A DNA stretch of 64,000 bases from positions 54,312,001 to 54,376,000 of the forward strand of contig OZ320316.1 of NCBI GenBank assembly GCA_976226885.1, given 5' to 3'. Each line of letters opens with the position of its first letter. The stretch's first letter is position 1. A program made the translations under genes and the position numbers. Below the pieces are notes generated by a model that saw only the letters and a list, made by a program, of their open reading frames with translations, searched no databases and was not told the DNA's origin. This document shows positions 15,332 to 28,240 of this stretch, piece by piece. The DNA is from Iphione sp. A-MEVVRFRX5. Its lineage: Eukaryota.

Positions 15332-15545
15332 CCAATCCATCATGCACATTTGCGAAACGCTTCACAGAAAGGTACATGTATATATGATCGTGTAATACGC
15401 TATCGTCAGGCTGTGCCCAATTAGTGTACTCCAATATGTATGACTATTAATTGTTTAATTCCGGTACCCTTTTGACGATCTCTCCTGAACAGAAAATCAC
15501 CTTAGCTTCTCTGATCCTAGCATAACAAAATGAAGTCTTGGAGGC

Positions 15546-15563
15546 GGGGGGGGGGGGGGGGGG
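15546..15563. repeat. G18 homopolymer
   Basis: 18 consecutive G. Confidence 0.9.
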
Positions 15564-17062
15564 CGGGCGGCGACAGAATCTGAGACCCTTTCAGCAACAA
15601 GGTTTGTTATCTCAAATATATTTGCTGACCTAGGCAACCTGCAGTAGGAATGTGGGAAAGTGAGTAGAAAAGATCCATACTCACGATCCGTCATATTGTC
15701 ACTACTCATAAAAACCTACATCCAATCTATTCTTGAACTCATTTAATCAATATTAACAGCTAACCTCATTGTTCAATGTGTAAAATGACCCTTGAACACA
15801 TTCAAATGGGAAATTACCCTGCCAAAAGACACGTTGGTTCATTGCTTCGTGTAAAAAGACATGAATCCAAGTATTTTAGTATAAAATAAAATATACAATT
15901 GCAAAAAGTATTCCTACTTGAATCGGCATGTCTAACGATGCATCTTCAACGTGTGGGATAGGAAAACAATAAAGGAAAAGAGTCACACTTATTAGTTCCC
16001 TTAAGGTATATTCACCCTTATTTCGTATTCCACTTCAAGGCCATATTAATAATGGATATATAATGAAGCAATACTCGAAGGTTGCAGGCTGTAGGGGGTC
16101 ACAGTCAGGCCATCTAAGGTGAAGCTAATGTTGTCCCTGGTGGTTTAAGGTTAATATACGGGTATACCTAATATATTAGTGGAGCGTACAGCTACACTGC
16201 CCGGCGTCCACAGCCTCTGCACATATTGCCTCAGTCATTTGTGCAACGTAGAAACCAGTTGAGTCCGACAAGGAAACAGTTTTATCAAAACCTGTGATGA
16301 CTACCAGTCACAACGAGACGACAGCAGACAAGAGGCTAATGTATCTATTTAAGGGGCAAAGAATGACGAATGACGAGAGAGTGTCAAAAAGACAAGTAGA
16401 GAAAGCAGAAGAGTGAGGAAATAAGAGAACTGGGGGCTGACGTATGGACAGCAGCAGGGAATTGGGACCTGATGTAGGGTGCCCTTTGTGATGAGGGTAT
16501 GGCAAAAGGGATCTTTCCAGTCTGAGGTGATAGAAATAGCAAAACCGACTGGCAATAGGGATGGTATCGAAGACTGGTTTATTCGTTGAGGTTTCCCTGT
16601 GGAGTCCTGCCAAGAAATAAGTAGTTTGCCCCCATTTATTTGTTTACAGCTTAATGATATTTTATAATGAAACATGTTTTATATTAGCATTAATATAATG
16701 ATTATTACCTTTATTTCTACGTATATACATGTATACCAGTGGGTGGTTAGACCATTTGAAAAATATTGGTAGAGAGAAAAGCTATGTTACGTTTGAAGTG
16801 AAATAGGATTATTTCTGTGATGTATACAAACCTTACAGATTCAGGTTAAGGCCAGTGATAAGTATTTCTCTGCCCCGAAATTGGAAAAGGAATGATGCAG
16901 GGATATCAATCAACTGTTGTTAAGGATTGCTGTGCATCTGACCTTAGTATTATACACGTATCACTCATTCGTCCTACAGCAACTCGCGGCTGCTTGCATG
17001 AATGATGTCCACTGTCAGAGGTCTGCAACTGGATGCGTGTAAGGCATGCTTACCTATAGTCC

Positions 17063-17140
17063 TTTGATATAAAGCGGCTTAGCATACGAGAAGGCGTTCG
17101 GATAATCGTACTAGAGCTAGGTAACGACCTCGACACCGAG
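17063..17140 (+). pseudogene. Possible SGNH/GDSL-hydrolase remnant (retroelement-associated)
   Basis: Reads FDIKRLSIREGVRIIVLELGNDLDTE, resembling SGNH block III 'P.VV.LE(L/I)GxNDL' with one residue missing. Confidence 0.25.
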
Positions 17141-19905
17141 ATACCTCCACCTTCGACCCACAGGTCTCCCTCCCGGCTCACCCCCACCCGACACTCACGC
17201 TACCGTGCCACACTCATTTAACCAAACTGCCTCATTCCACTCTTTGCCTTACCTGGAAGCTTAGTCGATGTAGCCTGGAGACTGTACTAGCTTTTCCCGG
17301 CCCTCGCGTTTCGTGGCATTGGATTCTGCCCACATCCCTCCCTCATTCAAGCCCACACCTGCTAACCCCAAGCCACACTCCCTTATCGCGCCTCAACTGA
17401 AATAGAAAGGTCCATACCAACGCCTGAAGCACCAAAGAATGTTTACAGGCAGTCGAAAGTCTCCGCGGTAGAGGGTTTAATCTGATCAAATCATTCATTT
17501 AACGATTACTATGTTCAATCGCTCCACTTTAATTAACAAATCAGAAGGGAATTACATCAACTATTCTTAGATCTTGATTCTAGAAAACACGTTCAACTTG
17601 GTTGTTCTTCTTGTACCTCTTGGTCACAACTCATTTAGAGTGGAGTTAATTACGTAAGTCCATCTCGAACAAAACGGTGGTCGTTTATTTGGAGCTCATT
17701 AAGGGTTACACACTTGACTCATTTGTAAATCTATGTAATTACAATTCAATGTTAGGTGGGGAGAAAATGGCCTTTTAAGGCGTTCACGATGAGAGGAATT
17801 GGTTGGCAGCACGAGTCCAGAAAACCATCAGTCTATCCTGACTTCATATTCCACTCACAGCAGAGAACAGACGATATTTTGACATAATGTACTGTACCCT
17901 TTCCTTCGCACCGTTCCCAAATTCTAACAAATCAGACCTGTGCACTGTTCTCAAACAACTTGTTGTTGCACTACTCTTTGCCTCTTTGGCTGTCCTTATA
18001 GTAGCAGGATCAGGCGACATGTAATCTGTAGCCGCCAAAAACTATTACCCCATATGACTTCATTACATACTAAATTGTGTCGTTGTGACAGGTTTGGTGT
18101 GGCACACATTTGTATGTCAAAGAAGTGGGCTCCGTTTTTATAACAAATAACAGGGTCATATTCATAGTACAGTATAACCTCACTATTACAAAATTCATTG
18201 GTTCCAAGTGAATATGCCTACAATAGCAAATGTGGTGGAACAGAGAGGAAGCTATATTTTACTTGTATTTTACTCATTTTTGTGTGGGGAGAGGTGTTAG
18301 GACATCAGAGAGGATGGTGAGGGGATGGTACTTGGGCAAAGGGAGGTGTAAGGACATCTGATAGGATGATGATAAGACTGTAATCAGTTGTTGCAAGGTG
18401 AAGGACCCCCTCTTTCATCCTAGCCTTATGCCTGTTCCAAGCAGTTGTGTCTGGAATAGCAAGGGTACTCGAATAGTGAGGTGTTGGAATAGCGAGATCC
18501 TACTGTAATTCATTATCACAATGTGACCAGAGGTGTCAGTGTGACTACTCAGAAGTCTATGCTAATACCGTTGAAGCATGGATATGCATTGTCCGGTTTC
18601 CATAGCTGCATTGGTTTCCGTGTGTGTTCCTCTCTATTTTGGGTCTAGATGTTCCTGTCCCTTTTCTATCAGCATGTTCATTTCAGTGTAAGGTGTCTTG
18701 CATGTCCATACATGTGCGTCAGGGTTCATTGGGGTCCGTTGTTTATTATTTGCATATTCCCGCACATTTTTGTACATTCCTGCATATTTTCATACATTTC
18801 TGCACAATATTACTATTTTTAGCACTTTATCTAGGCACGCTTGCCATTTTTAGTGCTTTTTCCCATTAAATTTGCTATTTTTCGCACCCTTTCCCATCCA
18901 ACTTACCATTTTTTGTACATCTGTCATAGATCTATCATACATTTCACTTAAAAATGGTTTCACTTGAATGCAAACTCATCTATAGGCTGTAACTCTAACT
19001 TTTTCCGGGATTGAAATACCATCGGCAGGAAGGCATTAGGCTGTGTTTCTATGTCGACCGTGTATCCGGTCTACTTAAAGGGCACAAGAAAATACCATCA
19101 TATTAAACAAATCTAACTTAGAATTTCAACAAATGCTGATGTCAGATACTCTTAAGACTTCTGCGTCACGCCTAATGAATCGTTGTTAGCAATCCATTGA
19201 AAGATCAGTGATGTAATACTCCTGTTTTTTTACCTTTGGGCCCGATGCTGAGAACATCCGTTTCCTGGCGAACGTTCCTTATTATCGCTTTCCTGTGTGT
19301 CGACTTGGAGGCGGAGAGAACGACAGGACGGCAGACTCACGCGACGACCCGTATGTCATACCGATCAAGTATCTTTCTATGATTCGTATTGGAATTGATA
19401 CATTCAATCAACTTCCCGCAATGACAGGCTACCAAGGTCAATGTACTTGCATGTTAATTGCGCTATGTGTATCAAATATACATCAGCAGAACTTCCTATC
19501 ACTAAACATGAGGTCCGAAAGACTCTTTTGATTGCCATCTTTCTGAGGTAATGCACCCATTCTAGTAACGGGAGGACAGTTAAGAGGGCTTTAGCTAGTT
19601 CTCGACATAAAAAACAACTGTCTCAGATAATAATTGGAGAATACATCTTGTTTTGTTGAGCCACATAATTCGCGAAGTAAAGATGTTTTTATCTTTTAAA
19701 TCTCAGAAGAAATGATAAACAAATATACTTGCTTACATCTATGGCTTGTTTCTAATTTAAGGAGTAAAGTGACCATCGACACAGCGTTTTTGAAACGAAG
19801 AAGTGTCAACTGTATTTCTGGAAGACTTACTTTTATCAAGCATTGGTGTTAGTTTACGTACCTGATCTCATAGCCCTCTGGCACAAGTCTGAGAAATAAA
19901 GTCTA

Positions 19906-19974
19906 GTCACGCCAGCCAGCTAGACTGCTCGCCACACGAAAATCCACTGGACTCTAACACTGGCTGGTGTGACG
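19906..19974. repeat. 69-bp hairpin with 14-bp inverted arms (possible tiny MITE)
   Basis: GTCACGCCAGCCAG (19906-19919) versus CTGGCTGGTGTGAC (19961-19974): 13/14 complementary. No TSD found. Confidence 0.5.
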
Positions 19975-22900
19975 TATTCAATTAAAATACAATGATAAGT
20001 GAGCTGCAGAGCACAAGGAAGCTTGAAAATCTCAGTTTGTTCGACCACTGCGTTGATATATATGGAAGAGCCCTGCCATGTGATTGAAAATATCTAGCTC
20101 CTGGTTAAAGATACAATGAAATGAAATATATTATGATCTAACCGTGTTTCTGTCACACATTCCATGCTATCCATTACATCCAAGAATATTTGAGAATGCT
20201 CGCCTTTATAGAAAGGACCAGGACATTTGATAAACTATGATTTTGTAAAGATTATAATATAGACCATTTGTCTTTGATTTTTGACTAAAGAATATCAGCG
20301 TTGTTTACTATGGAACGGATAAGGAGACTACAAAGTGCGTGAAACAGGACGTGGATTACTGATGGTAAATATAATGAAAAAAACAGGGAGTGATGTACAT
20401 GATTGTTATGAAATGCAGATCTATAGAAAAATCAATACATTTCATTGGTAACACTGACATATCGTTTTGTTAGAATAACACTTACAACTCTTCCGCACAA
20501 ACCAAATTTTTATTTTGTTAGGCCTACCAAAATTATTAATTTCCACATACTCAAGGGTAAGAAAAAAGAATATATGTGCAAAAGATACGTTTCACAATGA
20601 GACGTTGGTTATCATCGAATTGGAAAAACCGGTGATACTTTGAATCACAGTAAACTTATGTATTTGGTACAAATCAATCAAAAACCAAATACATGTACCA
20701 AAAAGCCTGTTGAATAGTATGACATTATTTTATGAATATTTGTACTTCAGTGTTTCGGGTTATTCGATGGTCTCTTATAAATATAGGAACCACAGTATAT
20801 TGCCGTTAATAAATAAACTAATGTGGACAATGCGAGGTTAAAGTTCAGAGGTTAACATACAGGTTTTTGACCAGGTAACCATTTTAAAAATTTCAATGTA
20901 CAGTAGCATGTCACCTTCAGGACAGACCAGAAATATGTGCACCCAAGGAGTCAGAACAGGGCCATCTGGAAGAGAATCCTCTCCTTTATTTAGAAATTTA
21001 CCCTGAGTAAGAACAGCTCAGTAGTGTGGACTAATGAGCACAGAATCTGAATGGTGTTCTGATTTCTGAAGTTCCACTGAGACTTTGACGAAGGCGTAGC
21101 GAGAGATACGTTAAATATATTGAATCATGAGTTCCAGTTCGGTATTTCTTTCTTCATCGCCCGACGTTTCTCATTGGTTTTATACTTCTCCTCGGGCCCT
21201 TGACACATCAGACCTCTCCACCAGTGAACGGTTTTATGTCTACACTGTATTGAACCGAATTTATTTCTCTCTGCTTGCTGAGTAGCAGCTCCTTTCTATC
21301 CAGATAGCAACATGAAGTCTTCATACTAATGAACGTATGCCAGGGCCTGAGAACATCGCAGCTATCTGTCTACCTCGCTCCAGTCCAAAATTGCAAGGAA
21401 GAGTAATTTCGGAAACTCTGATATTCTGATGGCGTGTTCTTCGATTGAAGGCTTATTGGAAAACTCCAACCATCTTATGCTACGTCAGACCCTGGAGTCA
21501 ATCCTAATAAAATATTTAAGGCGAATACACCTATTAATCCTTTCAGATCAAAGTGGTACACATTCAAACTGAACATAAAGCAAATCAAAGTGATATATTA
21601 AAAGTACTCGTCAGTATGACCGGTTGTATTTCAAAAGATATAACTGTTTCGTATATTTTGCATCTTTCACGCCGAAGGTCCTTACGTGGAAGGGTTTAGA
21701 GCCATCACAGCAAACTACACCAACAGATACATAACCGCAGGTACTGTCGGCCTCGGACAGCAGGGGTTAATCTTACAGTACCGATATTAACTATGTTTAC
21801 CATGTTTCCTCTCAAAAGTGATATCAAAACTGCACAGCGGTTGTGTTAAACTTGTACTACTGGTATAAAGTTTTGAAGTCATTTCTTTCACTTTTTCTTT
21901 TGAAACATATTTCATCTAGGGCAATGGATATAACTCCCACCTATAAGCATCGCGTTCTTGCGAACGAGTCAGTGCACACTTACTCCAGGAGACTTCCGAT
22001 TTACCTACATAAAGTGACCAGGCTTAGTCACCTAACGCCCTGATAGCTTGAAAGCCTCTGTCCAATCCGACACGATGCGTGTTCCCAGAGGCCACTCAGC
22101 CAAACTGGGACCGCCCGGGGGTGTCTTGTAGTCTAGTCTGACGGCTCACAAACCTTTGCGTGAGGTGCCGTGCTTGCTTTCGGAAACACCCCTAGTAGTG
22201 GTTAGTGTTACTCTCTGCAGTCACAGGTCCAGCGCCCACCCAGAGCAGACGCATTTTGACTACCAATGCCCGGAGATTCCTTGTTCTGAGTTTACTATAC
22301 AACTGGTCTCTAATAGGATATGTGTTCATCTTATTCTCACATCCATACGTAGAGGGTATCTGAATACCGTACGTAACACCCATATGTTTTCGGTAACTCA
22401 GGGAACTGTTAATATCTGTCATATCACTTACAGCAAATCTAGAAAGCCGTATTACTCTTATGGTAGAAGTATTGGGGCTGCGTGCAGGAATTTGCCAAGA
22501 GCCAAGCTTTGTTTTGTTCGTTGAGGTATGTAGCGAATTTTACACTACGAAGCAGCTCGATATGAAATCATAGAAGAGGGTTATCTAGTCTTAGTGGCAT
22601 CGATTTTGCTAAACAACATATCTGCACATGTAAACAGCACTTATCGCGTCATGTTTCAGCTCCACTGCAAATGATTAAATGATAAAACATATTTGGTGGC
22701 CTGTTTTGCTGTAAGGGAGGAAAGGTTAGTAGGCTATGAATAAAATAGCATAAGGACAAGTGAAAACGCTGTCAAGTCATCACGTATACTCGTTTGACCA
22801 GTTTCATCAAACAACCCCCGTCGCCCACGTAGTTTTGTCTATTTGTTCGGATCCAAAAAGCATACATTTGGAAAACAAATGCACAGAAATATTACCTGTG

Positions 22901-24540
22901 TTCGTAAGGGTAGGTTTTGTACTTGGTTGTTAGTGCATTAGTCGTGGATACGTATACCGATGTCCAGCCTCATCTGTCACTCAGATTGTGTTGCACAGTT
23001 TCATGTTGTCGGAGCGAGAGACGGCCCCGTACGATTTGAACTGAATGGGGGAAAATAAGGTGCATCAAGGCTGGGGTTGACGTGTTAGCGGCAATGGAAT
23101 CAACACTGGTGCCAGGCAGACCTGCAGGCTTTGAACCTCGGAAAATTTAAATAGCAAAACATGATATGGAAACAATTCATTGAAACCCTTTAAGTTATGT
23201 ATAAAACTTCCTGTGTATATATTCTAGAGGTCTATGGTTGATGTGGTTACATTAAAGAGAAATCATTAGTGAAGTATTTGTAGGGTATTTTCTACACGTG
23301 TCCAACAAAATACGAATACAAAGCTGGTAAGATGAGCGGCTGAATGACGATTGATCTTCATAGCGCCCTGATATCGAATCAGCAGCGTAGCCGTTGATTC
23401 CTTGTGCCTTAGGCCGTATCTGCTCAAGGAATCTGGGATGATATTACTCGGCAATATGGTTTCTCATCCATTGTGCAAAGTGAATTTTGTAATCAGCTGT
23501 ACACTCCATGTGGATCACTCTCTTAGACGCAGAGATTAGGACAGCAAGACCCTGCTGAGGACCACAATGGTTAATTACTGGCTGGACTTCAGGGTCGCAG
23601 CCAGCATGTGTCGCACTGCACTTATGCTATGTTGCTTTCTGCTAGCTTTTGTGGCTACATTCCTATGGGCTTTTGAGATCGTGCAAGTCCTGTGCTGTGA
23701 GATTCAGGAATTGGGTATAATGGTCATAGCTTCATCGTACACTCCATTTGAAACATTTGCTGAATACTGGAACAGATGCATATTTTAGGACGCCATCGAC
23801 ATTTCTGAATAATGCATCAGCGAGGCTGGCATTCCTGGTATGAACGATATGCGCAATCTAGAACCAACTCGTGTTCAAATTCAAAATGTGCGAGATGTCT
23901 GGGCTTTTAATTGCATCGGCAACAGGGCATAGAGATTTGGCATGGAATACAAAGAATCAGCCAAACTAGATGTTATTGTCTAAATTTCTGTGTTCATTGG
24001 AAAGAAAAGGACGTATTGAGCCAACTGGCTTTTCGTATTTCAACTCCGTTTATGGAACATACAATTCAAAGACGCCTACCTTTGCTGTATATATACATAT
24101 ACAAGGAAAGGGAAAATACTGTCTGTTCCTGGATTCAAAGTAACGGCCATTAATTGATGATAAATGAAGCAAATGTAGTCCTGAAAGAATGAAAGGAAAA
24201 CCGATTATCATAAGCCTTACCTCAACACACGTAATTTCCTTTATGAACAAATATACAATGTTTAGCAGGTCACGATAACGACAACAGCTGCACATGCGGC
24301 TCGATCTTTCACTCGGCAGGTCACAGTTTAAGATATGAGGAGCTTTTAGCCTGGCGCAATAGTAGGCAGATCTACGTGTATGTATAGAAGGACCTGTGAC
24401 CTATGTCCTGTGTTGTAGGAATTCACATCCATTAGCTTATGCTCATTAATTCGAGGCTGTATTTCAGTTACGATAGAAGCTAGCATAGTGCAGTAACATT
24501 CTGTTTAACGCCCTTGTCCTCATACATACAAATACAACTT

Positions 24541-25230
24541 ATACAGGGCAGAGGCACAACCACAGCAAGCTCAGTCCTACTAAAGAACCTGTTCCCGTCT
24601 CTTAATGAGGGTAAGCATTTTGGTCTTGTCATGTTTGACATGACGAAAGCATTCGATCTGATTAATCGTGATGTGGTAAGAAGCTATTTGTGCAAGCCTC
24701 GTGTAGCTGCTGCAACACTGCGTTGGTTTGAGTCGTGTCTGACCGTTATCAGTATGTTGATTGCAACAACCTATATTCACCATCAAAAAGGGTAGAGATA
24801 GGAGTGCCTCAGAGGAGTCTCATGGGGCCACTCCTCTTCTCAGTGGTGATAAACGATCTACCACAACGTCTTGCATTGATGCAGTGATGTATGCAGATGA
24901 TGTGTAGCGATCTGCCTCTGCCTTTAACATCGCTGCAATGAGACTAAAGTTGAGGTGTCAGGGATATAGTAGAGTAGTGCACAAGTATGGTTCTAGTAAT
25001 AAAGCCAGCTACGTCACGTTATGTGTTATTTGGTAAATCCATTTCATTTCAACTAGATTTGGAGGTGCCCGAGACCCCTCTATAAAAGAAAAGGGAAACA
25101 GAATTTTTTGCTTACCACTTGGACAATTAATCGACTCACATGGTCATCAATGGTAAACAACAGAAAGCAAAGGCTTAGACAGAGGACTAAATGCTTAGCT
25201 GAAATGATCACACTGTCATTCGATGATAGA
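24541..25230 (+). mobile_element. Decayed CR1/L2-type non-LTR retrotransposon RT fragment
   Basis: Ordered RT motifs across frameshifts: GRGTTTA (24547), VMFDMTKAFD (24628-24657), GVPQRSLMGPLLFSVVINDLP (from 24801), YADD (24890-24901), then TINRLTWSSMVNN.KQRL.QR..CL (25120-25200), typical of the region after YADD. Confidence 0.85.
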
Positions 25231-25440
25231 ACTATGGACTTGAACCCTTTAACTCCTGGACTCACGCGGCGGCTTACTTTTGACGCTTTCCTATAGATGG
25301 TGGCACATTATTATTGCGTCATAATTTTATATATGCGCGAATGATTCGGACTGATTTAAACGATCTAAAATATTACTTATTCAACTGCCTATGGGAAAAC
25401 AAGTATTGTTATACTTTTATAAGGACTTTTAGAGGATAAA

Positions 25441-25740
25441 TATAGATTTATTATGGACTGACACTTGGATTTACACTTCAAATCGATTGGTTTCTTGTTA
25501 TGTCATACAGCGAGGATAAGCACATAGGATTACATCACAGATTCGGCTATTTTCAAAAGTTGATGAAGTAGTATTTTTTCAATTGCCTAAGGCGAATTGT
25601 GTATGAAAACATACTCTTGAGGAGTTTTTACTTTGTAAATATGGATTTATTATGAGCTGACACTTGGATTTACACGTCAAATGTTTTTTTCTTGTCACAT
25701 CGTACACCGAGGATAAGCACATAGGATTACATCTTAGATT
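25441..25740 (+). repeat. Two ~100-bp direct repeats, period 199 bp
   Basis: 25441-25543 versus 25640-25740 share GATTTATTATG..CTGACACTTGGATTTACAC.TCAAAT...CGAGGATAAGCACATAGGATTACATC. Confidence 0.85.
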
Positions 25741-27574
25741 TTTTTTTATAGTGGAGGATACATGTATGGATATGTATTATTCAAGAACAGAATCATCAGG
25801 TAAGTCATATATTCACAGATGACAACGACATTTATTTCTTCATTCAATTTGTATCTTTTAAGGTTATGTACATGCAAAACCATGTATGTCGAGCAAATAA
25901 CTTCAATGAGCTAGTCCTCCATTGTGATACACTCAATATGCTTTACAGTGTGGTAGAGTCAAAAACAATTCGGCAAACATAGATGAGCGTCACAGTCTTT
26001 ACACCATATTTCGTTTGGGGCCTGGTTAGCTGTAGGCCTTTGTTCACATGTGCATAGCATACACTACAGTAGCTTTTGTAGCCAAGATCATATGGGAAAC
26101 ACCATGAAGTTAGTCTACTGAGCTCTGATTATTGGGTTGGCCTCCGCATCTGAACTGGTGAAGACATCATCAATACAATAATCTCCATATAAAAATTAAA
26201 TAGATACATTAGCTCCTTACATTAGCTTGATCCCCCACTTGGTTGGTTTTGCTGGCATATATTGTTTAAAATGGAGATAGCCCTTATGTCCAACCATAGT
26301 TTTATCCAGTCGTTGTCAGCTTTTTCTGGTTGTTCGGGGTCCTTTTCTGATTCTACCCTGTTGCTGTCTTCGTCCCTGGCTACGTTGTCGTCGCTCTGGG
26401 AGGAATCATCATCAGAAGATCCTCTTCCTTGTTTGTTAAGCAGTTGATATACATCTAACCCTAGCTCATCCTTCAATTCCAGTCCAGGTCTGAGAAATCA
26501 CCACTGTTATCTATTTTCAATGGGTAAAGCCATTTACTTGCAGTTGTTGTCGGCAACCACTGCAAGCACTGACCATAGGCTGAGCGTGAAACATGCCTTG
26601 GTGTATTAATCAATACATATATTTAATTAATTTAAAATTAGTTTTCTTAACTTTTTTACCATAAAGTTACTAAACAATCATATTTAGACATTCATGTAAC
26701 ATTTTATCAGAATCCATCTATTATTTCCAAAATTGATAATTCCAACACAAAAACATATGGTGTCATGTCTGCCCACAGGCATTGGCTGTCTTTCACACGG
26801 TAGTGCTTCGAAGCATTTGCCATCGCCCAGATGGAAATGCCTCTTGGCATTGGCAATCCTTGAATTGTTAAGGCTTTTAGCTTGCCAATGTTCGACTATG
26901 GCCTTCAATTCCTATTAAATGCGAGTAAGAAATATTACATCAGTCACAGATCAAATTTGACATAGCAATGAAGGTAGTATTAATGGGAAGTTTGAAATGT
27001 GCTAAATCAGCTATTGTACCATGAAATCCATGAAGGTATCCTAAATTGTAACAAGAGGTATGCAATATCTGATGCTATTAATTCACAAGCTTCACCATCA
27101 GGGGCCACTTTATACTAAACAACAGGGAAGGAGAACTAGGCATAGGGTGGGACCAGTGTTCCCATAAGAAAGACCAAGAACCAATTAGCAGCTTGCTTGC
27201 AGCTACCTTTACCCAGGGGTTAGGGAGTGGAATAAGCTCCCACAAGCCATCAGAGAGGAAGAAAATATGAAAAAGGTCTCAGTGTATATAAAAAAGGGCA
27301 TAGGTACGTGATAAACCATGGGTACTCCCGCGGTAAAGTTTGAATGCCTAGGTTTTTACATTTGCACACTGTACAGACTCTGTTAGGGCAGGCTGTATTT
27401 AGCCTAAGTAGGTCAAGGGGCAAGTCTGTGATTTCGATAGTCAGAGACACTCTATTATCACCCACCAACAGGTGACAGTGTTGAGAAGGCATTGTGCATT
27501 TAAAAATCTTTCCTTATTTAAAAATTATACAATCACCTTTGATACTCACACTAGTTGTTTTTAAAGTGGGAGGG

Positions 27575-28240
27575 CTCTGTCTGTCTCTCTGTCAATCTCT
27601 CTCTCTGTCTCCCTCTCTCCCTCCTCCCTCTTTTCCTCCTGGTCTCTCTGCTCTCCCCTTATCTCTTTCTGTCTCCCTCCCCTTTCCTCCCTCCCTCCCT
27701 CCCTCCCTCCCTCCCTCTCCGTACCCTTCAGTTTCTCTCATTCCTCCCCCACTCTCTCTCCCTCCCTGTCTCCCTCTTTCTCTTTCAATCCCTCGCTTTC
27801 TCTCTCTCTCCCTGCCTCCCCCTTTCTCCTCTGTCTTTCCTTCTCTCTGCCTTCCTCTCTCTCTCTCTTACTACCTCCTTCTCTTCCTCCCTTTATCTAC
27901 CCTCTTTCTCTTCCTCTACATTCCCTCTCAATCCCTCCCTAGCTCTCTACCTCCCCCTCTCTCCCTCTGTCTTTCCTTCCCTCTACTTTCATCTCTCTAC
28001 CTCTTCTCTCCCTCCATTTCTCTGCCCTCTCCCTCTTCCTCCTCTCTCCCTTTCTACCTCCCTCTCTCCCTACCTTCCCCTCTCTCCCTGTGTCTTTCCT
28101 TCTGTCTGCCTTCTTCTCTCTCTACCTGGTCTCCCTCCCCTCTCTATCCTCTCTCTTCCTCCTTTCTATTCCTCTCTCCCTACCTCTTCCTCTGTCTTAT
28201 CCTTCTCTCTGCTTTCCTTTTGCTTTCCTTCCCTGCCTGT
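27575..28240. repeat. ~666-bp low-complexity polypyrimidine (CT-rich) tract
   Basis: Plus strand is almost entirely C/T with irregular CTCT/CCCT/CTTC units. The two long ORFs over it are compositional artefacts. Confidence 0.95.

Noticed and set aside
21160-21200. Minus-strand GAAACGTCGGG resembling the 3' half of a hammerhead
   Set aside because: The upstream core reads CCGAGGA rather than CTGANGA and no helix II can form.
20890-21480. Minus-strand frame reading LEFSNKPSIEEHAIRISEFPKLLFLAILDWSEV... with a few TAG stops
   Set aside because: No identifiable homology or splice context; cannot be separated from chance without a search.
21745-21777. piggyBac-like end ...GGACAGCAGGGG-TTAA
   Set aside because: No matching opposite TIR was found in the window.
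26222-26908. Acidic 84-aa ORF and 74-aa ORF on the minus strand, each with an AG acceptor-like start
   Set aside because: No domain recognised and no consistent exon chain could be built.
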